Below, one piece after another: positions 30,258 to 40,022 of a stretch of DNA of 64,000 nucleotides (positions are counted from its first letter, which is position 1; every line of letters starts with the position of its first letter). The position numbers and the translations under genes were made by a program. Origin of the DNA: Bacteroidales bacterium (GTDB lineage: Bacteria > Bacteroidota > Bacteroidia > Bacteroidales > GCA-2748055); assembly GCA_040768485.1 (NCBI GenBank), contig JAXGMU010000001.1:63079-127078 (forward strand), read 5' to 3'. The notes beneath the pieces are model-generated. The model saw only the letters and a program-made list of their open reading frames with translations, had not been told where the DNA came from and did no database searches.

Positions 30258-31496
30258 ATGAAACCAAAAGAACGACTTCTGAAAGCCATCAACCATCAGG
30301 AACCCGACCGGATACCCATCGATTTGGGTGCAACACCCAGTTCCGGAATTTCAGTGGTTGCCTGGCAAAACCTGCTGAAACACCTTGGCAAAGATCACCT
30401 TCAAACCTGGGTGTACGATGTGGTACAGGAAGTGGTGCAACCCGAACTGGAAATTCTGGACCATTTTGGGATTGATGTGCTCGATGTGGGCAGGAACTTT
30501 AACCAGAATCCCGGATACTGGTATAAACTAGAATTAATCAAAGGATTTCCCGGTTGGTATCCCAAATGGTTCAAAGTCGAGCACCAGAAAGACGGTTCGT
30601 GGCTGGCGTTCAACGACCTCGGCGAAGCCATTGGAAAAATGCCGCTGGGAGCCACTTTTTTCGACCAGACCATTTTCCCGTACCTGGATGAATTTCCGGC
30701 CAGCTACAACGATTTTGATTTAGCCATGAAACGAACAGTTTGGGGAGGATTTGGATTTACCCCCTGGGATTGGGCCGGCCAACCAGGATTTTGGGAAATG
30801 CTCCGGGAAAAAACGCTGGATTTAAAAGCGAAAACCGATAAGGCAATTCTGCTGGGCGTAGGCTGCAACCTGTTTGAATGGGGGTGTTTTCTGAGGCGAA
30901 TGGACAATTTCCTGACAGACCTTTACCTGAATCCGGATGAAGTGCACCGCTTACTGGATGCGCTGATGCAAAAACACATGGATTTGCTGGTTCACGTTTG
31001 CGATGCCGTTGGCGACATTGTAGATATTGTTAAATTCGGAGATGACCTGGGCACAAACAACGGCCCGTTCATGCCGGTTGAAACCTACCGGGAATTTTTT
31101 AAACTGCACCATAAAACCATGTGCGAATACGTAAAAAAACATTCGGCCATGCACACCATGCTGCACAGTTGCGGAGGCATCTACGATTTGATTCCCGAAC
31201 TGATTGATGCCGGATTCGAAATTTTAAATCCGGTACAAATCAATGCATTAAACATGGAACCGCTCCGGCTGAAAAAGGAATTCGGCAAAGATATCACCTT
31301 TTGGGGAGGCGGGGCTGATACCCGGAACGTGCTCAACAAAGCCACACCCCGCGAAGTGAAAGACCACGTAAAATATAATCTCGACATTTTTTCGAAAGGA
31401 GGCGGTTATGTGTTCAACACCGTGCACAATATTATGCCCGATGTGCCGCCACAAAACATTGTGGCCATGTTTGAAGCCGTTCACGAATTTTATTAA
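30258..31496 (+). CDS. Uroporphyrinogen decarboxylase / MtaA-CmuA methyltransferase superfamily protein
   Basis: ERLLKAINHQEPDRIP, GDDLG, LHSCG, LNPVQ, FWGGG, FNTVHNI. Confidence 0.85.
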   Translation: MKPKERLLKAINHQEPDRIPIDLGATPSSGISVVAWQNLLKHLGKDHLQTWVYDVVQEVVQPELEILDHFGIDVLDVGRNFNQNPGYWYKLELIKGFPGWYPKWFKVEHQKDGSWLAFNDLGEAIGKMPLGATFFDQTIFPYLDEFPASYNDFDLAMKRTVWGGFGFTPWDWAGQPGFWEMLREKTLDLKAKTDKAILLGVGCNLFEWGCFLRRMDNFLTDLYLNPDEVHRLLDALMQKHMDLLVHVCDAVGDIVDIVKFGDDLGTNNGPFMPVETYREFFKLHHKTMCEYVKKHSAMHTMLHSCGGIYDLIPELIDAGFEILNPVQINALNMEPLRLKKEFGKDITFWGGGADTRNVLNKATPREVKDHVKYNLDIFSKGGGYVFNTVHNIMPDVPPQNIVAMFEAVHEFY

Positions 31497-31592
31497 ACAC
31501 TTAGAAAGAAATAGGTTGACGACTTGAGAGTCATATCGCATTGAAGAAGATAGAAGGGTGCTTCAGCCGCTAGTTGTTCAAAGCCGAAAAGT

Positions 31593-32528
31593 ATGAAAAC
31601 AAGAGAAATAATATTATCCTTGGTTTTGATCCTTGTTATCATCACCCCAGTGAATTGCCAATTGAATTGGGCACCGCCTGGTTCCATTTGGTATTACGAT
31701 GCTTTAGAAGGTTTAGAACCTCCTGTGACTGGCTATTTAATGATTGAGTCCATCGGCGATACAGTTGTGAATGATACTGAGATGTCTGTATTGAAGTTAT
31801 CACGCTTCTATGTTTCAGGTAATATTCAGACAGAATCAATTGAGTTGACATATGAAAAAGATAGTATAATATATATATGGAAATGGGGCCAGCCAAATGT
31901 ATTGTATGATTTCACAAAAAAGCCAGGTGAATATCATTCTGTAATTGGTCACGGACCTAATGATTGCGGAAAAGATAGTCTTGGATCGGTAATTGTTGAC
32001 TCTGTTGGTATAGAAATGGTAAATGGATTTGAATCTTCATATTACTATTCCTCACCTACCGATTCATCTATTTGGCAACTAAGTTGGAAAACAAACTCGC
32101 GATATGGGAACCTATCTTTTTTATTTGCATCACCTTCTGAATGTAACATAGCGGATTATTCATCTTATGCAGGACCGATAAGATGTTACTATGATAATGA
32201 TATTGGATGGATCCATTTCACGGATATGCCCTGCGATACATTAATAATCTTAAATTTAGAAAAACCTTCTGGTGCAACGGATATTCAGATATATCCAAAT
32301 CCTATATCAGATTATATTATAGTAAAATCAAATACATATCACGAAGGGAAACCATGTCGTTACAAAATCATCAATTCTCAGGGACAGGAGTTAGATAGTG
32401 GAGTCCTGCATGGTTTTACTACAAAAATCATGCTTGATAATATCCCCCCTGGAGTGTTTTATTTTCAGATAATACGACCAGGTACTAATTATCAGGAATC
32501 TTTTAAAATGTTAAAAATCATTCGATGA
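31593..32528 (+). CDS. Secreted protein with T9SS type A C-terminal sorting domain (AT-rich gene)
   Basis: Signal peptide, WAPPGSIWYY, C-terminal IYPNP...IINSQGQ...PGVFYFQI...FKMLK. Confidence 0.85.
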   Translation: MKTREIILSLVLILVIITPVNCQLNWAPPGSIWYYDALEGLEPPVTGYLMIESIGDTVVNDTEMSVLKLSRFYVSGNIQTESIELTYEKDSIIYIWKWGQPNVLYDFTKKPGEYHSVIGHGPNDCGKDSLGSVIVDSVGIEMVNGFESSYYYSSPTDSSIWQLSWKTNSRYGNLSFLFASPSECNIADYSSYAGPIRCYYDNDIGWIHFTDMPCDTLIILNLEKPSGATDIQIYPNPISDYIIVKSNTYHEGKPCRYKIINSQGQELDSGVLHGFTTKIMLDNIPPGVFYFQIIRPGTNYQESFKMLKIIR

Positions 32529-32562
32529 TTTAGCTTCAGAAGCACATTAATCATCTGGAAAT

Positions 32563-33762
32563 TCATGTACTTGAAAGATTCCCAAACCCGGCCGAAAGGG
32601 TAACCCTGAAAGTATTCTTTAATGGGCTGTTTTCATCGGTGGGTATCAGGTAAGAAAGATCAAGCCCCAGAAAACTGAACCTGGCTCCCAGTCCGACCGT
32701 GATATATCTCCGGACTCCTTTGGAATCATGTTCATGAAAATATCCGGTGCGCACGGCTACCCTATCCCTGTAACGGTATTCCGCTCCGAAAGCAAGTGCA
32801 ATTTCATGGATCTCCTCGGCGAGAACGCTGCGCGTGCCATCTACTTTTAAAACACCAGGCGCATCATAAACAGACTGAAACATTCCGGAAATGATTGATT
32901 CCGGGGATTCTTTCCCTGCGACCAGGTACTGATCGCCGGTCGTCGAATCCATGGCATAGAGAGGCGGCGTGGGAACCAGAAGCTTGTTTGCATCAACCTG
33001 CAATGAAATGGAATGATCTTCATGAAGATAATAAAGGAACCTGCCTCCTATCCGCAGGTTGGTGGGGATGGGTGTTTTCTCCGCATCTTCCGTGTAAGCA
33101 ACGGGGATTCCTATATTTGAAAGATTCAGCCCGGCTGCCCACAACGCATCCTTTCCCCCGATCTTTATTTCATCCTGGTAATAGAGCCCGATGTCACCGG
33201 CGACAGAATTACCAGGTTTTGTCTCCTCTCCATATGGAGCAGGCTGCCCGCCGGAAAGATCAGAATATATATATCTCAGGACAATTCCTCCTGAAAAATG
33301 ACCGGTGATCTGATGCGTGTACCCGGCATCCACTGCCAGTTCAACCGGATGATATTCCACCCCCGCAGGTCCGCTCCCGGCAATCAATGTTCCACGGGAG
33401 AAATACCGGAATGAGCTGCTGATGGTATTCTTATCACCAATTCTGTAATAACCGGCCAGGTAGACATGGTGGATATCCGGAATGAGATTGGTAAGCCACG
33501 GTGTATAGGAAAGCGCCATCCCGCCTGCCCTTTCCATGAAAGCATATTTTCCTGAATTCCAGTGCTGGGAATTGATATCAGGCGCAGAAGCAACACCCGC
33601 ATCACCCATACCGGCGGATGCGGCATCCGGTGCAATGAGTAAAAAAGGCACAGCGGTCTGGATTGCATTGGGAGAATTCCCTGTGATCCCGCTGCCGGTG
33701 ATCTGTGCCACCAGGGCTTTGCCCGACAGGATCAGCAATGCAATAATCCATATCTTTTTCAT
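32563..33762 (-). CDS. porV: T9SS outer-membrane shuttle protein PorV (probable paralogue)
   Basis: TAVPFLLIAPDA..AGMGDAGVA, QHWN..KYAF, SYTPWL, PTNLRIG, ANKLLVPTPP, RTGYFHEH, PLKNTFR. Confidence 0.88.
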   Translation of the reverse strand: MKKIWIIALLILSGKALVAQITGSGITGNSPNAIQTAVPFLLIAPDAASAGMGDAGVASAPDINSQHWNSGKYAFMERAGGMALSYTPWLTNLIPDIHHVYLAGYYRIGDKNTISSSFRYFSRGTLIAGSGPAGVEYHPVELAVDAGYTHQITGHFSGGIVLRYIYSDLSGGQPAPYGEETKPGNSVAGDIGLYYQDEIKIGGKDALWAAGLNLSNIGIPVAYTEDAEKTPIPTNLRIGGRFLYYLHEDHSISLQVDANKLLVPTPPLYAMDSTTGDQYLVAGKESPESIISGMFQSVYDAPGVLKVDGTRSVLAEEIHEIALAFGAEYRYRDRVAVRTGYFHEHDSKGVRRYITVGLGARFSFLGLDLSYLIPTDENSPLKNTFRVTLSAGFGNLSST

Positions 33763-33886
33763 TTGAGGAGAGGGGCTTATAATGTCATAACGGAGCCTGT
33801 ACCCAGTTGGTATAATATGTTCCGGAATATTATTGAATCCGGGAATTTTTACGTATTTTTCTTACACCCGTAAATCCATGAATGAT

Positions 33887-35236
33887 ATGAAACACAGGAC
33901 AAAATATCCCGGGCTGACGGTCATCATCGCCCTGATGGGACTGGGCTCGGTTTCCTTCCATGCCTACCAGAAAGCAAAATACGCATATGATGATTTTGAA
34001 ACTCCTGCCTATTGCAGGCAGTGTCATGACCTGTTTTACGAGCAGTGGGACCAGGCCCTGATGTCCGATGCATACAGCCATGAGTGGGACGAGATCGAGT
34101 ATTTCCAACTGGCGGTGCCCCATTCTGAGAAGGATCCTTCCATGCTGGAAGCCCAGGAAGGATGCAACGGTTGCCATACTCCCATGGCTTACCTGGCGGG
34201 TGATGTGCCACCCCCGGATCCGAAAACCAATCCCCGCGCCAATGAATCCGTTTCCTGCGATGTCTGCCACACAATCCGGGGTTATTCAGGGGATACGCCC
34301 CATAATTTTAATTACATCATTGAGCCAGGGAAGACCAAAATCGCATCGGTGAAAAGAAATCAGGATTCTCCGAACCACCAGATCGATACGACCCGGTTTT
34401 TCGCATCAGCGGAATTCTGCGGCATCTGTCACAATGAAAAGAGTCCTTTCGGTGTCTGGGTCAAATCCACCCACCTGGAACTGATGGAAGGCCCTTACTA
34501 TCAAGAGGGGGTAGTGTGCCAGGACTGCCATATGCCTGACGGCGCAGCGAAAGTAGCCAAGATGGGTGACCGGTATACTGACGCGAGAATGCATCTTTTC
34601 AACGGGGCCCATGATCCGGGGAAGGTCCGCGGTGCCATTGAGATCCGGATTGCCCCGCATGTCCAGGGACTGGAGCCGGGAGAGCCGCTGGTTCTGACGG
34701 TCACCCTGTACAACCAGAAAACCGGGCATAAATTCCCCACCGGATCGGTGGAGGACCGGATCGCCTGGCTGCATGTGGAGGCAATCGACGAAAGCGGGAA
34801 GGTATACCACATTCCGGTGGATGAAAAGGGCTTTGAAGGGGAGGAATACACTATTGCCGGCGAGGCGCTTGCCTACCAGGATATGGGGATCCCCCTGGGA
34901 ATCGAAAACTTTGAAGGGTTACGAAGGGAGATGGTCCCTGTGGGCGACCGCATCTTTCGCATGCCTTATTTCGATAAGGAAGGAAGGATGACCATGATGC
35001 AATGGAACACGGCATCGCTCGGGGTGGATTACCGGATCGGCCCCCGGGAAACCAAGGTCGAAACGTATACATTTAATGTCCCCTTTGATGTGACACCGGG
35101 AGAGCTGACCATCAAAGCGGTGATGTATTACAGATTGCTGGTCCGGTCGGTGGGAGAATACCTGAAAGTGCCCGAATCGGAATACACGGCCATGACCGTG
35201 AATGAACAGGAAGTAAAAGTAACCGTATATCCCTGA
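33887..35236 (+). CDS. Pentaheme c-type cytochrome with C-terminal Ig-like domain
   Basis: Five CxxCH motifs (CRQCH, CNGCH, CDVCH, CGICH, CQDCH); signal peptide; GHKFPTG. Confidence 0.9.
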   Translation: MKHRTKYPGLTVIIALMGLGSVSFHAYQKAKYAYDDFETPAYCRQCHDLFYEQWDQALMSDAYSHEWDEIEYFQLAVPHSEKDPSMLEAQEGCNGCHTPMAYLAGDVPPPDPKTNPRANESVSCDVCHTIRGYSGDTPHNFNYIIEPGKTKIASVKRNQDSPNHQIDTTRFFASAEFCGICHNEKSPFGVWVKSTHLELMEGPYYQEGVVCQDCHMPDGAAKVAKMGDRYTDARMHLFNGAHDPGKVRGAIEIRIAPHVQGLEPGEPLVLTVTLYNQKTGHKFPTGSVEDRIAWLHVEAIDESGKVYHIPVDEKGFEGEEYTIAGEALAYQDMGIPLGIENFEGLRREMVPVGDRIFRMPYFDKEGRMTMMQWNTASLGVDYRIGPRETKVETYTFNVPFDVTPGELTIKAVMYYRLLVRSVGEYLKVPESEYTAMTVNEQEVKVTVYP

Positions 35237-35248
35237 AAAATTTACTCT

Positions 35249-36451
35249 ATGAAAAGAATGACATACCCGAAGCTCATCATCGCCGTCATGCTGGTTTTCA
35301 TGATGTGTGACCAGATGAATGCAATTCCAGCTTTCGCCAGAAAATACGGAATCAGCTGCATGACATGCCATACTCCGGCCGCTCCCAAACTGAAAGATTA
35401 CGGGGATACGTTTGCCGGGGACGGCTTCAAACTGGCCGATTACCAGTCGCCCCGCTACTACCAGGACGCAGGTGACCAGAAACTCTCACTTATCAGGGAT
35501 TTTCCCATTGCAGTGAGGATAGACGGTTACGTGCAGGCCGGGATCTCCGAGAACGGGCAGGTGGATATGTCCGCACCTTTCCTGCTCAAACTGATGTCCG
35601 GAGGGGAGCTCTCGGAACATCTGGCTTACTATTTCTATTTCTATATGTACGAACACGGGGAGGTGGCCGGTGTGGAGGATGCCTTCCTGGTGTATGACAA
35701 CCTGTTTAATACAGAACTGGATATTTACGTGGGGCAGTTCCAGGTATCGGATCCGTTGTTCAAGAGAGAACTCCGGCTTACTTTCGAAGATTACCATGTG
35801 TACACTTCCCAGATCGGATTGTCAGATTTTAATATGAAATACGACAAGGGGATCATGCTTACCTACAGTCTGCCCACCTCAACGGATATCGTGTTTGAGG
35901 TGGTCAACGGGAACGGGCTCACCGAACTGAACAGCAAGGACTTCTTTGACAAGGACCCCTATAAGAATTACCTGGTCCGGGTGGCCCAGGGTGTAGGTGA
36001 TTTTTTAAGTGTCGGGGCTGTGGGATATTTGGGGAAGGAAGATATCACCAACGAGGTAAGGACCATCACCAACAAAGCCTACTTCCTGGGAGCCGATGCC
36101 ACCATTTCATTCTCTGACAAACTGGAAATCAATATGCAGTACCTCATGCGGGAGGATGACCAGGTGTTTGAATCGCTGGCCGACCTGGAACCCATGAACG
36201 ATGTGCGGACCCAGGGGATCATGGGTGAAGTGATATACAGCCCGAAAGGCGATCAGAGCAACTGGTATGCGGTGGGGTTATATAATTACGTGGATTCGGA
36301 ATACGCCCCTGCCGACTACCATTCGGCCACACTCCATCTGGGATACCTGTTGCGCAGGAACGTGCGGCTCGGGCTTGAATATACAGAGATCTTCACCGAT
36401 CCCGAAAACTTATACGGCAGGTTATCGCTGGGTTTTGTGGCAGCTTTTTAA
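35249..36451 (+). CDS. Cyc2-like fused monoheme cytochrome-porin
   Basis: Signal peptide then AIPAFARKY-GIS-CMTCH-TPAA-PKL; amphipathic beta-strand-rich remainder; terminal Phe. Confidence 0.8.
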   Translation: MKRMTYPKLIIAVMLVFMMCDQMNAIPAFARKYGISCMTCHTPAAPKLKDYGDTFAGDGFKLADYQSPRYYQDAGDQKLSLIRDFPIAVRIDGYVQAGISENGQVDMSAPFLLKLMSGGELSEHLAYYFYFYMYEHGEVAGVEDAFLVYDNLFNTELDIYVGQFQVSDPLFKRELRLTFEDYHVYTSQIGLSDFNMKYDKGIMLTYSLPTSTDIVFEVVNGNGLTELNSKDFFDKDPYKNYLVRVAQGVGDFLSVGAVGYLGKEDITNEVRTITNKAYFLGADATISFSDKLEINMQYLMREDDQVFESLADLEPMNDVRTQGIMGEVIYSPKGDQSNWYAVGLYNYVDSEYAPADYHSATLHLGYLLRRNVRLGLEYTEIFTDPENLYGRLSLGFVAAF

Positions 36452-36457
36452 CGGTCT

Positions 36458-37960
36458 TCAGGAGACACAGCCGGAGAATTTTTTTCCGTCTTTCCTGCAC
36501 ATCAGCTGGACCACCTGGCGCCCTGACAGGGCAGCAATCACGGTTCCGGTGAAAGGGGCCGTCCACTGGCCTACCATCTGTAATCCCTCAAGTCCGGGAA
36601 GGCTGCGCACCGGTTCCATATCATTCATGTTTTCCGGGGTGACATACCATCCGTCGGGCGATCCTTTCCAGTTACCTGTATATCTGGTATACGTCATGGG
36701 AGTAGGCACATCGATCACCTCCACCCGGGAGGCAAATCCCGGGTAGCGTTTTTCAAGCTGTGCGATGGTGAAATCCGCAATGCGTTTCTTTTCAGCACGA
36801 TATGCCTTCCTATCCCGGGCCAGAGCCTGCCAGTATTCGTATTCGGTATCGTACCATACCTCCACGGCTGATTTGCCTGCGGGAGCCATGGAAGGGTCAA
36901 AACAATGATGAAGCACTGCCAGCCACCTGTGTTCCTTTCCTGCAATAATGATGGGTTCTTCTGCCTCAAAGACAAGGCGGTGAGGCTCTGCGGAGAAATC
37001 CATGTCCACACCCATCATCACATGGACGACCGGTTTCACCGGGATCCACGTATCATACATGTTTTTGATCTTCTCATTCATATACTTCCCTCCGAGAATA
37101 TCAAAAATAAGGGTATGTCCGTCCCCCGCCCAGATTACCTGTCCTGCCCTGTGCCGGGTACCGTCTTCCAGTTCGATCCCGACAACACGTTCATTTTCAA
37201 TGATCAGGTCTTTCACCCGGCTTTTGAAGTGGATCTCCCCTCCCTGTTGCTTGTATCTTTCGGCAATATGGGAGACCACCTGGTAGGAGCCGCCAAGCGG
37301 AGCCCCTGCATCTGTGACTGAGCTCTTCACAAAACCTGCCATCACCACCATGGGAAAATTTACCATGGGCCAGCCCGGAGCATCAACAAAACTGCGGACA
37401 GCCATCCGGAGAAAGGGATCTTTGAAACGCTCCGAAAATTGCTGGATGGTTACTTTGTTATACTTTCCAAAAACCCCGATCAGTGGGAGGATTGCCGGTA
37501 TTGTTCTGATAGTGTCCAGAATATTTTTGATTTCTTTCGGCTTCAGGGAAGCTGCATTCATCATGTCGGGTCCGAAGACAAGACGAATGAATTCCCTGAT
37601 CAGTCCCTCATCTTCAGGAGAAATGGCAAGCATTTCTTCTTCAACCTTCTCTTTGTCGGTCGAGAAAGTTAGTTTCCTGCCCATGCCTTCAACACGGGAG
37701 ATCTGATCATGATAGTGAAATCTGAACTTCTCCGGGATCCCCAGTTCCTCCCACATCCGGTGGATGGGTCCGGACCGGGAAGCCGTCAGCATGTGCATGC
37801 TGATGTCAAATGTATATCCCTTTCGGGTCCAGGCTGTGCAGAGCCCTCCCGGAATGTTGTGCATCTCGAAGACAGCACTCTTGTACCCGTTCACCTGGGC
37901 ATAGAAGCCGGCTGACAGACCCGAAATCCCGGCTCCGACGATGATGATATCTTTTTCCAA
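36458..37960 (-). CDS. FAD-dependent oxidoreductase, phytoene desaturase-like family
   Basis: IVGAGISG, PGGLCTAWTRKGYTFD, APAGKS, TPMTYTRYTGNWKGS, GQW; TTG start. Confidence 0.88.
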   Translation of the reverse strand: MEKDIIIVGAGISGLSAGFYAQVNGYKSAVFEMHNIPGGLCTAWTRKGYTFDISMHMLTASRSGPIHRMWEELGIPEKFRFHYHDQISRVEGMGRKLTFSTDKEKVEEEMLAISPEDEGLIREFIRLVFGPDMMNAASLKPKEIKNILDTIRTIPAILPLIGVFGKYNKVTIQQFSERFKDPFLRMAVRSFVDAPGWPMVNFPMVVMAGFVKSSVTDAGAPLGGSYQVVSHIAERYKQQGGEIHFKSRVKDLIIENERVVGIELEDGTRHRAGQVIWAGDGHTLIFDILGGKYMNEKIKNMYDTWIPVKPVVHVMMGVDMDFSAEPHRLVFEAEEPIIIAGKEHRWLAVLHHCFDPSMAPAGKSAVEVWYDTEYEYWQALARDRKAYRAEKKRIADFTIAQLEKRYPGFASRVEVIDVPTPMTYTRYTGNWKGSPDGWYVTPENMNDMEPVRSLPGLEGLQMVGQWTAPFTGTVIAALSGRQVVQLMCRKDGKKFSGCVS

Positions 37961-38012
37961 TGCTGGTGATGTTGAATTCGGTCGGTTGGTTCTTTCTTAA
38001 ATAAAACTCTTA

Positions 38013-38735
38013 TTAATTGTTCTCCGGTTTGGAAAAGACAGCATCATCTATCCCTTCATTCACTTTCACCTCTTCAAAAATGATGGTATTGACCGGCTGA
38101 CCATTGATCACCTGACTTGTGGCGTAAGGCATCATGTACCCCTTTACCTTCCTGTAATCGCTGAGATTTGTTTCCGTATTCACTTCAGATCCGTTCATCA
38201 CGGATGTGGATTTGACTCGCATGATCAGGTAACTATCCTTATTCAGGTAATAATGATCTGTGTTCCCTGTGTTTTTGGTCAGTTTGAGGACATAAGCGTC
38301 ATCGTCATCGATCTTTTCCGTTCCGGCCAGTTCAAGCTGATGCCCCTTTTCCTGATAGTTCCATAACTGCCCGTCCATGTCGGATGATTCGCTGAATGCC
38401 GCTGCCTCGGCACCCGTGAGCTCAACCGGTCCCGGTAATCCGGCCATTGGATTGATCATCCATGCGGTTTCTCCGTCGTAGGCCTGAATAATCTGATTGC
38501 CCTGAAAATCGATCGTAACCTTGATCTTGTTCGGCCTTTTATTCAACATGGTTAATTTGGTTTCCATACCCATACTGAAGGCTTTTCCGGTAGCTTCAAT
38601 GGTCTCAATCTTCAGGAGTTTGTCCTGCCCGATGGCTTTAAAATGGTTTTCCAGGATTTTTTCGAGATCCTGGGCTGACATGTAAGCAGTGGCGGCAAAA
38701 GCCAGAAATAACGAAAGTGCAATGTGTTTTTTCAT
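38013..38735 (-). CDS. Exported LolA-like / outer-membrane lipoprotein-sorting family protein
   Basis: Signal peptide; AIGQDKL, RPNK, AYDGETAW, SDYRKVKG, IDDAVFSKP. Confidence 0.65.
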   Translation of the reverse strand: MKKHIALSLFLAFAATAYMSAQDLEKILENHFKAIGQDKLLKIETIEATGKAFSMGMETKLTMLNKRPNKIKVTIDFQGNQIIQAYDGETAWMINPMAGLPGPVELTGAEAAAFSESSDMDGQLWNYQEKGHQLELAGTEKIDDDDAYVLKLTKNTGNTDHYYLNKDSYLIMRVKSTSVMNGSEVNTETNLSDYRKVKGYMMPYATSQVINGQPVNTIIFEEVKVNEGIDDAVFSKPENN

Positions 38736-38782
38736 GGTGATGTGTATGTTCGTTTTTTGAAGGATTAAAGGTAATATCTTTT

Positions 38783-39577
38783 TTATTCACGCGATCTCAT
38801 GTAGTCATCCATGACCTTAAAAATTTCATGTATCTGCTCTGTGTCAGGCAGGGCTTTCCTCAGTGATTCCAGGTAGCCCCTTTTCCTGACGGTTCTGAAG
38901 GCGGGCTCAAAATTAATGTCATAAATCCACCCTGCCTGGAGCAGCTTGAAGTCATTGAGGTTCCTGACATGTTTGGTATATACGATCTGCCTGTGCATAA
39001 GGGAATCGAAGACTTCCTTGCTGATTTCCGGTGTGTCCGGTAATTCAAGTTCAATGGAAGTGTTCTTCCCCCCATTCGACCTGTTGTAATAATCGAGAAC
39101 CACTTTCCAGATGTCCAGTTTATCGGCATCCCTGATGAGCCTAGAATAGAACAGGCATGTTTTTGATTCCCAGTCGGGCAGAAATGGCCGGTTATGGTAT
39201 TCAATGGCACAGAGGATCAGTTTTTGGGTGTTATTCTCCAGTGCTCCGAGTACATCGTTTTCTTCCAGGACCCTGATCCCCAGCAGGGCATGGTCCTCTG
39301 ACCTTGCATCGGAGAATGTCTGATAACGTTTATACTGTTCAAAGCGACCGATGTCATGGAAAAGCGCAATGACTCCGGCCAGGTTCAGGGCATATTCGTC
39401 CAGTTTGAGTTCGTTCCCAAGACGTATAATTTCCCGGACAACTCTCTCTGTATGCTCCCGTTTTAAATCAATATTTTGCTGGAAATCAGCGTCTTCTTTC
39501 CTGTTAAATTTTTGTACATAGTTGTTGAACCAGTTTCTGAGTTCCCCGACAACCTCCCTGTCAATTTTATTGTTCAT
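38783..39577 (-). CDS. HD-domain phosphohydrolase
   Basis: KREHT, LFHDIGRF, DHA, YHN, RDADKLD. Confidence 0.88.
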   Translation of the reverse strand: MNNKIDREVVGELRNWFNNYVQKFNRKEDADFQQNIDLKREHTERVVREIIRLGNELKLDEYALNLAGVIALFHDIGRFEQYKRYQTFSDARSEDHALLGIRVLEENDVLGALENNTQKLILCAIEYHNRPFLPDWESKTCLFYSRLIRDADKLDIWKVVLDYYNRSNGGKNTSIELELPDTPEISKEVFDSLMHRQIVYTKHVRNLNDFKLLQAGWIYDINFEPAFRTVRKRGYLESLRKALPDTEQIHEIFKVMDDYMRSRE

Positions 39578-39611
39578 ATTGTTACTGGTCTGTCCTGTTG
39601 CTGAAAAATAT

Positions 39612-39971
39612 TTATGAATCCAGCCTGGACAGAGCCTCCTGAAGTGATGTGACGAAGTTAATGATCCCGCGGTTGTTACTTTCCCTGATAAAATCTCTCA
39701 GGCTTTTGCTTTCAATGTTACCGAAATCCCCCACCACGGCAAGGCGAACCCGGTAATTGGAGAATTTCTGAAGGATCTCGCCGGCCAGACCGGACCGCAA
39801 ATCAAAGAACTCTTCAGGAAGGCACTCTTGATGTACCACAATCCTGCTGGCTTCATTGTACGTGGCATCCGCCATGATGTCGAGGATATCTTCAGTTCCT
39901 TCGATGACTACGGCTCCTGGTTTCACTTCGGCGATCTTCACCCCTTTCTCAGTCTGATGGAATGTCATCAT
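39612..39971 (-). CDS. DUF4180-domain protein
   Basis: FFDLRSGLAGEILQKFSNY...SKSLRDFIRESN. Confidence 0.88.
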   Translation of the reverse strand: MMTFHQTEKGVKIAEVKPGAVVIEGTEDILDIMADATYNEASRIVVHQECLPEEFFDLRSGLAGEILQKFSNYRVRLAVVGDFGNIESKSLRDFIRESNNRGIINFVTSLQEALSRLDS

Positions 39972-40022
39972 GGTGATTCAAGTTTAATGCTGCATGGCTG
40001 GCAAAATTGCCACCAAATTTAC

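Noticed and set aside
26810..32560. Intact integrative element with attL/attR
   Set aside because: No integrase gene and no repeat of the tRNA 3' end found by eye
33887..35236. Selenocysteine recoding in the multiheme cytochrome
   Set aside because: The ORF has no internal TGA; the terminal TGA is followed 12 nt later by the next gene's start
36458..37960. Carotenoid biosynthesis from the two phytoene-desaturase-like genes
   Set aside because: No crtB/crtE/crtY nearby; the family is broad
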